Source of the DNA: Candidatus Limnocylindrales bacterium
GTDB lineage: Bacteria > Chloroflexota > Limnocylindria > Limnocylindrales > CSP1-4
DNA length: 64,000 nt
Assembly: GCA_036558545.1 (NCBI GenBank)
Contig: DATBFJ010000074.1
Location: 24,735 to 88,734 of the forward strand
Reading direction: 5' to 3'
This document shows positions 45,186 to 54,107 of this stretch, piece after piece. A program made the translations under genes and the position numbers. The notes beneath the pieces were generated by a model that worked only from the letters and a program-made list of their open reading frames with translations, was not told the DNA's origin and made no database searches. Numbering within the stretch: position 1 is the first letter of the stretch; the number at the start of each line of letters is the position of its first letter.

Positions 45186-46124
45186 ATGGCTAAGCGACGT
45201 CGCACGGTCACCCGCAGTCATACGGGTCAATCGACTGCGTATCGGCCGGGTTTCTCGCGGGGCAATGCCGGACCTGCCGGCCGCGGCCAGATGAAGCCTC
45301 CGTCGGAGCGTCGCAACAACACGCTGTGGTGGATTGGCGGGGCCGCGGTAATCGCACTGGTGTTGGCCGTGCTGGTCTACATCTATGCGTTCCCAGGTGG
45401 TGGCACGGGAAGCTCGCCGTCACCTTCCGAGTTCGCACATCCCTTCAGGTCGCCCGGGCCGACAGTCAACACCGCGCTCCTGCACCCGCCGGTCGCCACC
45501 CCGATGGCCAGCCCCCTTGCTGCACCGGCCGGCGACGGCACGACCGCAACCCTGCACACGGACCTCGGTGATATCACCTTCGTCGTCTACAACCAGTCGG
45601 CACCTGTTGCGTCCGAGAACTTCATCAACCTGGCGAACGCAGGCTTCTACAACAACCTGACGTTCCACCGCATCGTGCCGGACTTCGTGATCCAGGGCGG
45701 TGATCCGAACGGTGATGGCAGCGGCGGCCCTCCGTACGGCAGCATCCAGGACGAGCCCGTCGTGGGTGACTACACGCGGGGAACAGTTGCCATGGCACGA
45801 ACATCGCAGCCGAATTCGGCGGGATCCCAGTTCTTCATCGTCCTGGACGATTCCGTCGCGGACAGCCTGCCCAAATCCGGCGGCTACGTCATCTTTGGCA
45901 AGGTCATTTCAGGCATGGACGTCGTCGATCAGATTGCCCTCACGCCAAACTCAGGGGACGCGAACGGCAACCAGGCCCTCGATCCGACATACATCAACAC
46001 GGTGACGATCGTTCCGGGCACAAGCCCAACTGCAGCGCCAGTCGCGAGCCCGTCGACCCAGCCCGGCGCTTCTCCGTCGGCTGCCGCGAGCACATCTCCG
46101 CAGGTGACCCAAAGCCCTTCCTGA
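45186..46124 (+). CDS. Membrane-anchored cyclophilin-type peptidyl-prolyl cis-trans isomerase
   Basis: N-terminal TM helix, then FHRIVPDFVIQGGDP, SQFFIVLDD and a Pro/Ala/Ser-rich tail. Confidence 0.8.
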   Translation: MAKRRRTVTRSHTGQSTAYRPGFSRGNAGPAGRGQMKPPSERRNNTLWWIGGAAVIALVLAVLVYIYAFPGGGTGSSPSPSEFAHPFRSPGPTVNTALLHPPVATPMASPLAAPAGDGTTATLHTDLGDITFVVYNQSAPVASENFINLANAGFYNNLTFHRIVPDFVIQGGDPNGDGSGGPPYGSIQDEPVVGDYTRGTVAMARTSQPNSAGSQFFIVLDDSVADSLPKSGGYVIFGKVISGMDVVDQIALTPNSGDANGNQALDPTYINTVTIVPGTSPTAAPVASPSTQPGASPSAAASTSPQVTQSPS

Positions 46125-46149
46125 GAGTCCGCTGAAAGGCCGACATTAC

Positions 46150-46410
46150 AAGTTCAGGAATATTAACTATGCACTCTGCATAACCCCTTGAGTCGCCGCA
46201 AGGGGTCAGGTAGACTACCAACTGGATGTCGCACTCGTGCGACATGTGCTGCCCCAGGCGCAAGGTCATGGGTAGGTTGGGTTAGGGTAGCCGGTGCAGC
46301 CGGCGTGATAGATGCCCTTGTGGCGTGGCAGGGTCAGGCGGCTTAGGTCGCCGGTTCGGCCGGGACAGTGCAAGAGGCCCCGTCGTTTACGACGGGGCCT
46401 CTTCGTATGC
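46150..46410 (+). ncRNA. Putative structured small RNA (unclassified)
   Basis: AT-rich promoter-like stretch (46141-46183, with ttcagg...tattaac), sharply contrasting with ~68% GC flanks. Three hairpins follow: cccctt/aagggg (46184-46205), atgtcgca/tgcgacat (46226-46245), ccgg/ccgg (~46350-46363). A 10-bp GC terminator closes it (46375-46400). No ORF longer than 40 codons. Confidence 0.25.
46375..46406. terminator. Rho-independent-type terminator hairpin (probably bidirectional)
   Basis: aggccccgtcg-tttac-gacggggcct then cttcg. It lies between convergent transcription units. Confidence 0.5.
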
Positions 46411-46445
46411 CTTGAGGATCGTTCCAGGCCCGGTCGCCCAAGTGC

Positions 46446-47492
46446 CTACCGGTCCATGAGGTCGCGATCCCAGGCTCGCAACTGGCCGCGCACACGATCG
46501 GCGGTGGCTCGGGCAGGCGGCGGGGTGAGGCCGCGGCGCGATAGCTCGTCAAGAGCCAGGAGCACCGCGCCGGCGACGGGCGGGGCATCGAGTTTGATCG
46601 TGATCGCACGTGGCGCGACGCGGGTAATACCGGCTTCGAGACGCGCGTAGAAGCTCGCGTCGGTGTTGCGGAAGACGCCGCCGGCGAGCACTACCTCGAC
46701 TTCGAGCCGAGTCATGTGCAGCCGGCGGATGAGCGATCCCGCCATCGCGGCCAGCTCGTCTGCCAGGCGATCGATGATCGCGCGCGCTGCGGCATCGCCG
46801 GCGGCGGCTTCGGCGAAGACGAGCGGTGCGAGATCGTTGACCCGGCTTTCCGGGATTCGCTCGAAGTAGAAGGCGCGTGTCATCGCCGCCGGCGACTTGA
46901 CCCCAAAGAACTGTGGCACGGACCTCTCGAGCGACGTCCGCGGGGCACGGCCGTCACTGCCCCGCACGGCGGCGTTGATCGCCTCTCTGCCAATTCCGCC
47001 GCCGCCGCCCCAGTCGCCCGCGTACTCGCCTACTCCCGGAAAGCGGTCACGTTTGCCGCTCGGGCTGATGGCACCTGCGTTGATCCCCTGGCCGCAGACG
47101 AGACCAACGCCCCAGCCTTCGGACGAACCGGCACGCAACGCGCCGAACGTGTCGTTCAATACCGTCAGGTCGCGGCCCAATCGGAGAGCCCCAATCGCGC
47201 GCTCGAGGAGTCGAACGTCTTCTGGGTAGTCGGCGCCTGCGACTGTCGCCACGATGAGCTCGGGCAGCGCGCCCGGATGTGCCGCCGTCTCGATTTGCGC
47301 GGCAAGCTTTGCGAGACGTTCCATCCCGGTCTCAAGGCCGACGGCCTGATGAGAAACAGACGGTCCACGCACCGCGGCAAGTACCGTCCCGCTCGAATCT
47401 GCGAGGCACAGGTCGACCTTTGAGTTGCCGCCGTCGATGCCCAGAACGAGTTGCGCTGCTTTTGTCGCGGTCACCCTGGTCCGTGGTCCCAC
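46446..47492 (-). CDS. BadF/BadG/BcrA/BcrD-type ATPase (N-acetylglucosamine kinase-like)
   Basis: LGIDGGNSKVD phosphate-1 motif. Actin-fold ATPase DGGGGIGREA, then VLAGGVF. Confidence 0.75.
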   Translation of the reverse strand: MGPRTRVTATKAAQLVLGIDGGNSKVDLCLADSSGTVLAAVRGPSVSHQAVGLETGMERLAKLAAQIETAAHPGALPELIVATVAGADYPEDVRLLERAIGALRLGRDLTVLNDTFGALRAGSSEGWGVGLVCGQGINAGAISPSGKRDRFPGVGEYAGDWGGGGGIGREAINAAVRGSDGRAPRTSLERSVPQFFGVKSPAAMTRAFYFERIPESRVNDLAPLVFAEAAAGDAAARAIIDRLADELAAMAGSLIRRLHMTRLEVEVVLAGGVFRNTDASFYARLEAGITRVAPRAITIKLDAPPVAGAVLLALDELSRRGLTPPPARATADRVRGQLRAWDRDLMDR

Positions 47493-48103
47493 GCGGCACG
47501 TGTCGGCACGCTGGGCAGGTTATCGACTGTTACGAATTCGACGTCGTGGCCCCTCAGCTCGTCCACGATCAGCGGCAAGGCCTTGGGATTCGGCGACGGC
47601 CAACCGTGCATCAGGATGATCGCGCCGTCGCCGTGCGCCAGGACGCCGTCGATGACGCGGCGCGCGACGCCCCGGGCGCCGCGCGCCGCCCAGTCGTGTG
47701 AGTCCACGTTCCAGCCGATGTTGCGGTAGCCAAGTGACGTCAGCTGATCGAGCACGACCGTGCCACTGTCGATCGCTCCGAACGGACATCGAAACCATGG
47801 CCGCGGATCCGCCCCGGTGATGTCGATGATTGCCCTCGTTGCCGACTGCACGTCGGAGCGCAGGCCGCGACGCGAGAGCATCGGCATGCGCGCATGGAAA
47901 TGAGAGTGACAGCCCACCAGGTGACCCGCCGCTGCTGCCTCTCTTGCCAGGCTGGGATATGCCTGAGCCCAGCGGCCCTGGATGAATGCCGTGGCTCGAA
48001 CGTTCCTTTCCGCAAGCGTGGACAGGATCTCCTCTGTAACTCCAGCGCGAGTGGGTCGGTCGGGATGCTCGATGTCGAGGGTCAAAGCGACGCGGAAAGC
48101 CAT
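47471..48103 (-). CDS. NodB-type polysaccharide deacetylase
   Basis: Start set at MAFRVALTLDIEHPDRP (TLDIE is NodB motif 1). HSHFHARM and ILMHGWP follow. The longer 5' extension in the track would overlap the ABC permease. Confidence 0.75.
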   Translation of the reverse strand: MAFRVALTLDIEHPDRPTRAGVTEEILSTLAERNVRATAFIQGRWAQAYPSLAREAAAAGHLVGCHSHFHARMPMLSRRGLRSDVQSATRAIIDITGADPRPWFRCPFGAIDSGTVVLDQLTSLGYRNIGWNVDSHDWAARGARGVARRVIDGVLAHGDGAIILMHGWPSPNPKALPLIVDELRGHDVEFVTVDNLPSVPTRAAWDHGPG

Positions 48104-48105
48104 CG

Positions 48106-49236
48106 CTAGCGTTCGACGCCGGTGATCACGACGCCCCGGGTGAACACGCGCTGGAAAACGATGTACACGATGACGGGAATGACAAGAGTCATCAACGTTC
48201 CAGCCTGGAGCAGTGAGGGCTCGCGCGAGTGAATCCCATTGAAGCGCTGCAGGCCGACCGCGAGTGGCTGCAACTCGGGTTGCGTCGTGAGGTAGATCAA
48301 CGGCTCGAAGAAGTTGTTCCACGAGTAGACGAAGTGGAAGATCCCGACGGCGATGATCACCGGCCACGACTGGGGGATGATCACGGAGATCAACGTCCGG
48401 AACGGGCCCGCCCCGTCGAGCGCCGCGGCCTCGTCCATCTCGCGCGGGATGGTCATGAAGTACTGGCGCATCAAAAAGACGTCGTAGGCATTGGCGAAGA
48501 AGGTTGGCAAGAGCAATGGCAGCCACGCGATGGCCGCATTCGGCGAGCCGATCACCCCGAGCTGGCGCCACACGACGTACGTCGGGATCGTGGTCACGAC
48601 TGCCGGCAGAAAGATCGTCGAGAGCAGCAGCAGGAACAGCAGGTTGCGGCCGGGAAAGCGGAAACGTGCGAAGCCGTAGGCGACGAGCGTGCACGACAGC
48701 AGCACGCCGATCATTCCGACCACGGCAATCACGACCGTGTTGAACAGCAGCCGCGGGTACTCCAGCAGGTCCCATACCTCTGAGAAATTCTCGAAGTGCG
48801 GCGCGAACGTGAAGGAACGGGTCAGTGCGCGCCATGATCCCTGCCATGTGATTGGTGGGGCCGTGGGATCGGCAGGGTCGACGAACGTGCTCGACGTGCG
48901 CCCGGGCTGAAGCAAAGCGAGCGACAGTGTCTGGCCGTTGATCGGCACCTGGTAGACGTTGAGCGTCCGCCCGTTGTAGTCGAACGTCACCGGATCAGCG
49001 GGCCAGAGCGGGGCGCCCGGCTGAGTGATCTGGTCGCGCGACTTGAGCGACAGCGATGCCGACTGGATCATCGGCGCGAGGAACGCCGCAACGAGACACG
49101 TGACGATCAGCGTCAAGAGGAACGAGCGGCCGGTGTTGCGCAGTCGCGGGATGAGCGGCCGCGAGCGCTTCGTTGGCTTGACCACTTCCTCGCCGAGGTC
49201 GCGTTCAGCAGCGACTGTCGCGTCTGCCGCGGTCAC
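48106..49236 (-). CDS. Carbohydrate ABC transporter permease (MalG-like) with a long periplasmic loop
   Basis: EAA-loop region MDEAAALDGAGPFRTL. Six TM helices. Confidence 0.8.
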   Translation of the reverse strand: MTAADATVAAERDLGEEVVKPTKRSRPLIPRLRNTGRSFLLTLIVTCLVAAFLAPMIQSASLSLKSRDQITQPGAPLWPADPVTFDYNGRTLNVYQVPINGQTLSLALLQPGRTSSTFVDPADPTAPPITWQGSWRALTRSFTFAPHFENFSEVWDLLEYPRLLFNTVVIAVVGMIGVLLSCTLVAYGFARFRFPGRNLLFLLLLSTIFLPAVVTTIPTYVVWRQLGVIGSPNAAIAWLPLLLPTFFANAYDVFLMRQYFMTIPREMDEAAALDGAGPFRTLISVIIPQSWPVIIAVGIFHFVYSWNNFFEPLIYLTTQPELQPLAVGLQRFNGIHSREPSLLQAGTLMTLVIPVIVYIVFQRVFTRGVVITGVER

Positions 49237-50198
49237 GAGTTCCGATCTCCCGCGTAGTAGACCCAGCGCCGAGCGCTCGCGAAGAGCGCCAGGGTGAGCA
49301 CCAGAGTGATGACGAAGAGCATCCAGGCGAGCGTCGCGCCGTACGACATGCGCTGGAAGGTGAAGAAGCTCTTATAGATGTAAAGGTTGAAGAAATAAGT
49401 CGAGCCGCCGGGCTCGCCGGTGCCGTTTTTGAGCACGAACGGCACGAGAAAGTACTGCATCACCTCAACGAGGCCCAGCGTCAGCGAATAGAAGATGACC
49501 GGCGACATCAGGGGCAGCGTCACGTGGCGCATCTGGCCCCACCAGCCGGCGCCGTCGATCTTGGCCGCGTCGTACAGCTCCGTTGGAACGTTCTGTAACC
49601 CGGCAAGATTGATGATCACGGCACCGCCGATGCCCCACACGCCGACAAGCACGAGGCCCGGATAGATCCATGTCGGATCGTTCAGCCAATCAGGCGGATT
49701 CGCCCAGCCGAGTGCACGCAATCCTTCGTTGAGCCAGCCCGTCTCCGGTGACAGCGTGTTCTGCCAGATCAGCACCCCGGCAACGAAGGGGATCACATAT
49801 GGCAGGAAGATCAGGATCCTGAACAGGCTCGAGCCGCGCAGGCTGGGACTGTTGAGGATGACCGCGACCATGAAGGGCACGATGAGGGTCATCGGCAGCC
49901 AGAACGCTGCAAACGTGAAGGTCACCTCCAGGGACGCCCATACCTGAGGATCGGCGAGCATGTCCTGGTAGTTCTTCAGACCCACGAAGGCCAACGGCGC
50001 GGACGTAGCGAGGCTGAAGTTCGTGAACGACAAACCCAGAGTCGCCAGCGTCGGCAACATCGTGAAAAGCACGAATCCGATGATCCAGGGCGATATGAAG
50101 ATGAAGCCCCAGAGCGCCTCGCGGCGCTCAAGGGGCTTCATCTTTCTCCTACGAGGAACGAAGACGCGAGCGCGCTGAGCGATCGTCAGACCGGACAT
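49233..50198 (-). CDS. Carbohydrate ABC transporter permease (MalF-like)
   Basis: YDAAKIDGAGWWGQMRHVTLPL is the EAA motif. Six TM helices. Confidence 0.85.
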   Translation of the reverse strand: MSGLTIAQRARVFVPRRRKMKPLERREALWGFIFISPWIIGFVLFTMLPTLATLGLSFTNFSLATSAPLAFVGLKNYQDMLADPQVWASLEVTFTFAAFWLPMTLIVPFMVAVILNSPSLRGSSLFRILIFLPYVIPFVAGVLIWQNTLSPETGWLNEGLRALGWANPPDWLNDPTWIYPGLVLVGVWGIGGAVIINLAGLQNVPTELYDAAKIDGAGWWGQMRHVTLPLMSPVIFYSLTLGLVEVMQYFLVPFVLKNGTGEPGGSTYFFNLYIYKSFFTFQRMSYGATLAWMLFVITLVLTLALFASARRWVYYAGDRNS

Positions 50199-50238
50199 TT
50201 CGAGCTCTGTTCCGCCTCGTACGTTCTACCTGGCTTGA

Positions 50239-51870
50239 CTACTTGTCCCAGATGGCCTGCAGGTCCGCCTGCATTTGGGTGATCTGCGAGTCCAGATCGA
50301 GGCCCTGCGTTGTGTCCCAACGAGTCGCGTACGTGTTGATAGCGCTGAGCGACTCGTTGTACGTGTTCTCGCCCGACTTGTTGAAGGGCAGCGGCGACTC
50401 GAAGTTGGGCACGTCTGCGTGGTCGATACCGTCCAGGAAGACTTGCCAGTCGGTCGGGTTCTGGAGCGTGCCGAAGCTGTCCTCCAGCTGCTGGAAGAAG
50501 GCATCGCGCAGGTCTTCCTTGGCCGGCATGGCGCCGTAGGTCGTGGTCAGTGCCTGAGCGGCCGGACCGAGCAGGTACTGAAGGACCGTGAACGCCGCGT
50601 CCGGATTCGCCGTGTCCTTCCAGATGCGGAAGGTGTCGGCGTTGAACGCCGCCGTCTGGGTCCCGTTGTACGCCGGAACGGCGGCCACATTCCAGTTGTC
50701 GCCCGCGCTGGTCATGCAGTACGTGGACCACAGGAAGTTTTCGGCCATGGCGACCTTGCCGTTACAGAACGGGACGCCATCCGGGTTCCACGAGACCTGG
50801 TCGTTGAAGCGAGGTCCATCCACGATGAAGTGGTCGGTCCACATGCCGTTGTAGTACCACTTCCAGGCGGTGGCCCACTGCGGCGGGATCTGGGCTGTGC
50901 CGTCGGGCGCAACCAGCGATCCGGCGCCCCAGTATGCGCCGAGACCTCGCAGGTCATCGCGCTGGGGCTCGAAGCCGTATTGCGCGATGTTGGTCGGATC
51001 GAAGCCGGACTGGGTTGCGTCGTTGTTATTCGTGTCAACCGTCAGCAGCATCGCGATGATGCGCGCTGTGTCGTAGTCCCACGGCACAGCCGTGCCCTCC
51101 GACACGTTCAGTGCCGCGGCCGCGGGGCCGATGGCCACGTACTGGTCGCCGTACTTGTGCGGTGGCTCGTTGATGCCGATCTCCTGGAACGCGCCCACCT
51201 GGTAGAAGAGCGCGGACGGATAGATCGCGAAGGGCAAGCCTTCCTGGGCATTGCCGACCTTGAAGTAGTCGACCGCTGAGCTCTCCCATTGGCTTGTGTC
51301 GAAGCCCGTGGAATCGATCAACGGCTGCAGGTCGAGCCAATGCCCGGAAAAGGCGTTGGCGCCGCCGAAGCCCACCGGTCCGATGATGTCGGGCGGATTG
51401 CCGCCCGCGATCTCCGTGGCCAGAGTGTCATACGCCTGCGCGTACAGGACGAACTCACCCTCGATCTGGATGTCGCTGTGGGCCTTGTTGAAGTCCTCGA
51501 TGACCTTCTTCTCGACCTTGACCTGGGTCGGATCGTCTCCCGTGCCAAGACAGCAATACCAGCGGACCAACTTCACGCCTGGCGCGACCGATTCAGGGGC
51601 GACGATGACAGGGGTTGGCGGTGGTGTCCCCGACGCCTCTGCCGTTGCCTCTTCGCTGGGTGGCGGTTCGGTCGCCTCCGACGACGGCTGATTGGTCCCC
51701 GGGCTGACCGACGCCGGAGGCGCCGTCACGGGCGCAACACTTGCCGGCTGGCTGGCGGCCGCAGTCTGGCCTGCCGCCGTGGGCGCGGGCGTCGACGTGT
51801 TGCCGGCGCAGGCCGCCAATATGACCAAGATGACTGCCCAAACGGACAATCGGAGCCATGACCTGTTCAA
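50239..51870 (-). CDS. Extracellular solute-binding lipoprotein (family 1, sugar ABC transporter)
   Basis: Lipobox ILAACAGN and an Ala/Pro/Thr-rich linker. SBP_bac_1-type fold with Trp-rich sugar-binding segments. Confidence 0.8.
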   Translation of the reverse strand: MNRSWLRLSVWAVILVILAACAGNTSTPAPTAAGQTAAASQPASVAPVTAPPASVSPGTNQPSSEATEPPPSEEATAEASGTPPPTPVIVAPESVAPGVKLVRWYCCLGTGDDPTQVKVEKKVIEDFNKAHSDIQIEGEFVLYAQAYDTLATEIAGGNPPDIIGPVGFGGANAFSGHWLDLQPLIDSTGFDTSQWESSAVDYFKVGNAQEGLPFAIYPSALFYQVGAFQEIGINEPPHKYGDQYVAIGPAAAALNVSEGTAVPWDYDTARIIAMLLTVDTNNNDATQSGFDPTNIAQYGFEPQRDDLRGLGAYWGAGSLVAPDGTAQIPPQWATAWKWYYNGMWTDHFIVDGPRFNDQVSWNPDGVPFCNGKVAMAENFLWSTYCMTSAGDNWNVAAVPAYNGTQTAAFNADTFRIWKDTANPDAAFTVLQYLLGPAAQALTTTYGAMPAKEDLRDAFFQQLEDSFGTLQNPTDWQVFLDGIDHADVPNFESPLPFNKSGENTYNESLSAINTYATRWDTTQGLDLDSQITQMQADLQAIWDK

Positions 51871-52703
51871 TGCACTCCTCCTCCTTGTGTGCTTGAAGCG
51901 GATGCAACGGCTGTGCTCGTCGTGTTTGGCCTCCCTTCCGGCCGCGGCCGGCGCTGATCAGTGTTGACGCGAACGGTTCGTTCGATGAAGTAACGGGACC
52001 TGTCGCCTCGCACGAAAGTGCGCGAGAACTCGACAGGGATCCCTTCGTCAGAGAAAGAAGTGCCCTCGACAAGCAGGGCGGGTGTTCGCGGCTTCAGGCC
52101 GAGCAGGACGGCTTCGCGCGAGCGCAACACGACCGGCTCGAACGTTTCGCGCGAGCGCGCTACACGGGTGTCGTAGCGGTCGCTCAGCAACCTGTACAGG
52201 GAGCTCGACTCGAGGTTCGAATTGAGCAGGCCGGGGAAGCGTTCGGCGGGCAGATACGCCTGCTCCAGCAGAAAAGGATCCCCATCGGCCACGCGCAGTC
52301 GTTCGACGAACAGCGTTGGCGAGCCTGGCTCAATATCGAGCTCGGCTGCGACTCGCTCGCTGGCAGTCTCCGGTCGAGCGGCAATCAGCCGGGTGTGCGG
52401 GCTCAGGCCGCGGCGCTGCATCTCCTCGCTGAACGACAGCGGCTCGTCAAGGTCGCGGTCGATGCGAGATGCAAGAACGAAGGTTCCGCGGCCGCGCGCG
52501 CGCTCGATGCGTTGCTCACGTGCCAGCTCGTCGAGCGCGCGCCTGACCGTGATCAGGCTCACGCCATATGTCCGCGCGAGCTCACGCTCCGGTGGCACCT
52601 GGTGGCCAGCCGGCCAGCGGCCATCGTCGATCATTCCGCGCAGGTCGAGATAGACCTGGTGGTAATACGGGATTGGCCCGAGCTCAAGCCGGAACCGAGC
52701 CAC
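51867..52703 (-). CDS. GntR/HutC-family transcriptional regulator (HTH + UTRA domain; DasR/NagR-like)
   Basis: PPERELARTYGVSLITVRRALDELAREQRIERARGRGTFV is the GntR HTH. The C-terminal UTRA domain follows. Confidence 0.85.
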   Translation of the reverse strand: MARFRLELGPIPYYHQVYLDLRGMIDDGRWPAGHQVPPERELARTYGVSLITVRRALDELAREQRIERARGRGTFVLASRIDRDLDEPLSFSEEMQRRGLSPHTRLIAARPETASERVAAELDIEPGSPTLFVERLRVADGDPFLLEQAYLPAERFPGLLNSNLESSSLYRLLSDRYDTRVARSRETFEPVVLRSREAVLLGLKPRTPALLVEGTSFSDEGIPVEFSRTFVRGDRSRYFIERTVRVNTDQRRPRPEGRPNTTSTAVASASSTQGGGVH

Positions 52704-52820
52704 ACGCCTCCTCCATCGCGAGCGGTCCGTCCTGCACGGTCAAAGGACTTGACCGCGATTGATCATATGCTTATAAGCAACCCAGCACACTGTTGTCAAG
52801 GCGTTAACGTCGGGGAGCTG

Positions 52821-54107
52821 ATGGGAACCAAGATCGCGGTCGTTGGCGGTGGCAGCACGTATACCCCTGAACTCGTCGACGGCATCGCGCGGCGCTCGAC
52901 ACGACTGACCGCGGACGAGCTCGCATTGTTCGATATAGATCCAAGTCGACTCGAGGTCGTGGGCGGGCTGGCCGACCGCATGCTGCGCAGGGGCGGATGG
53001 TCGGGCAAGCTGAACGTCACAACTAATCGAGATGAGGCCCTCGAGGGCGCCGATTTCGTGCTGATTCAGCTGCGCGTGGGTGGCCAGCAGGCCAGGCTCG
53101 TCGACGAAACGCTGCCCAACGAGTTCGGCACCATCGGGCAGGAGACGACTGGGCCGGGTGGCTTTGCGAAGGCCCTGCGGACAGTGCCGGTGTTGCTCGA
53201 GATCGCAGAGCAAGTCGCTCGACGGTCGGCGACCGACGCGTGGATCGTCGATTTCACGAACCCAGTCGGGATCGCCACGCGCGCCCTGCTCGACGACGGC
53301 CACCGGGCGATCGGGCTGTGCAACGTGGCAATCGGGCTGCAGCGTCGTTTCGCCGAGAAGTTCGAGGTTTCTCCAGACGATGTGCAGCTCGAGCACGTAG
53401 GCCTGAACCATCTGTCGTGGGAACGAAAGATCCTGGTTAATGGCGTCGATAGGCTTCCCGAGTTGGTCGATTCGGACGCCGCAGGCCTTGCGGAGATGGT
53501 CGGTGCGCCTGCCGCCGCGGTTGTGGCTCTGCGCGCCGTGCCGTCTTACTACCTGCGCTACTACTACTCGACCGACGAGGTGCTGCGCGAGCAGCGCGAC
53601 GGCCATCATCGCGCGCAGGAGGTCATGCAGATCGAGCACGACCTCCTGGAGCTCTATCGCGACCCCAGGCTCGACACGAAACCCGAGCTGCTCGATCACC
53701 GCGGCGGTGCGTTCTACTCGGAGGCGGCCGCGCAGCTGATCGCGTCGCTGCACGACGGCCAGGGCGATATCCAGGTCGTCGACACGTACAACCGCGGGGC
53801 GTTGCCGGACCTGCCCGATGACGTCGTCGTGGAGGTGCCTGCTCGCATCACCCGCGAGGGCGCTATCCCGCTGCCACTTGCCCCACTCGCGCCGGATATG
53901 CACGGCCTGGTGGAAGCCGCGCGCGGCTACGAGGAGCTGACGATCAAAGCGGCAAAGTCAGGCGACCGGGGCGATGCGCTGCGCGCGCTAGCGGCAAACC
54001 CGCTCGTGCCGGACTGGTCTACGGCCGAGCAGCTCCTCGATGCGCTGCTCGCCGCCAATCAAGCGTACTTGCCGCGCTTCTTTGGGGCACAGACCGTCAA
54101 TTTGTGA
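52821..54107 (+). CDS. Glycoside hydrolase family 4 (NAD/Mn-dependent 6-phospho-glucosidase/chitobiase-like)
   Basis: Start at MGTKIAVVGGGSTYTPELV, the GH4 Rossmann N-terminus. GLCNVAIG and GLNHLSW are GH4 motifs. Confidence 0.8.
   Translation: MGTKIAVVGGGSTYTPELVDGIARRSTRLTADELALFDIDPSRLEVVGGLADRMLRRGGWSGKLNVTTNRDEALEGADFVLIQLRVGGQQARLVDETLPNEFGTIGQETTGPGGFAKALRTVPVLLEIAEQVARRSATDAWIVDFTNPVGIATRALLDDGHRAIGLCNVAIGLQRRFAEKFEVSPDDVQLEHVGLNHLSWERKILVNGVDRLPELVDSDAAGLAEMVGAPAAAVVALRAVPSYYLRYYYSTDEVLREQRDGHHRAQEVMQIEHDLLELYRDPRLDTKPELLDHRGGAFYSEAAAQLIASLHDGQGDIQVVDTYNRGALPDLPDDVVVEVPARITREGAIPLPLAPLAPDMHGLVEAARGYEELTIKAAKSGDRGDALRALAANPLVPDWSTAEQLLDALLAANQAYLPRFFGAQTVNL

Noticed and set aside
46140-46410. 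Assignment of the structured intergenic RNA to tmRNA, SRP RNA, RNase P RNA or 6S RNA
   Set aside because: None of the conserved sequence blocks of those RNAs is present when compared by eye. I kept it as an unclassified candidate sRNA.
48104-48847. Long 5' extension of the deacetylase ORF (47471-48847, 458 aa)
   Set aside because: The extension is Arg/Pro-rich and overlaps the ABC permease gene. NodB motif 1 (TLDIE) lies immediately after the internal Met at 48103.
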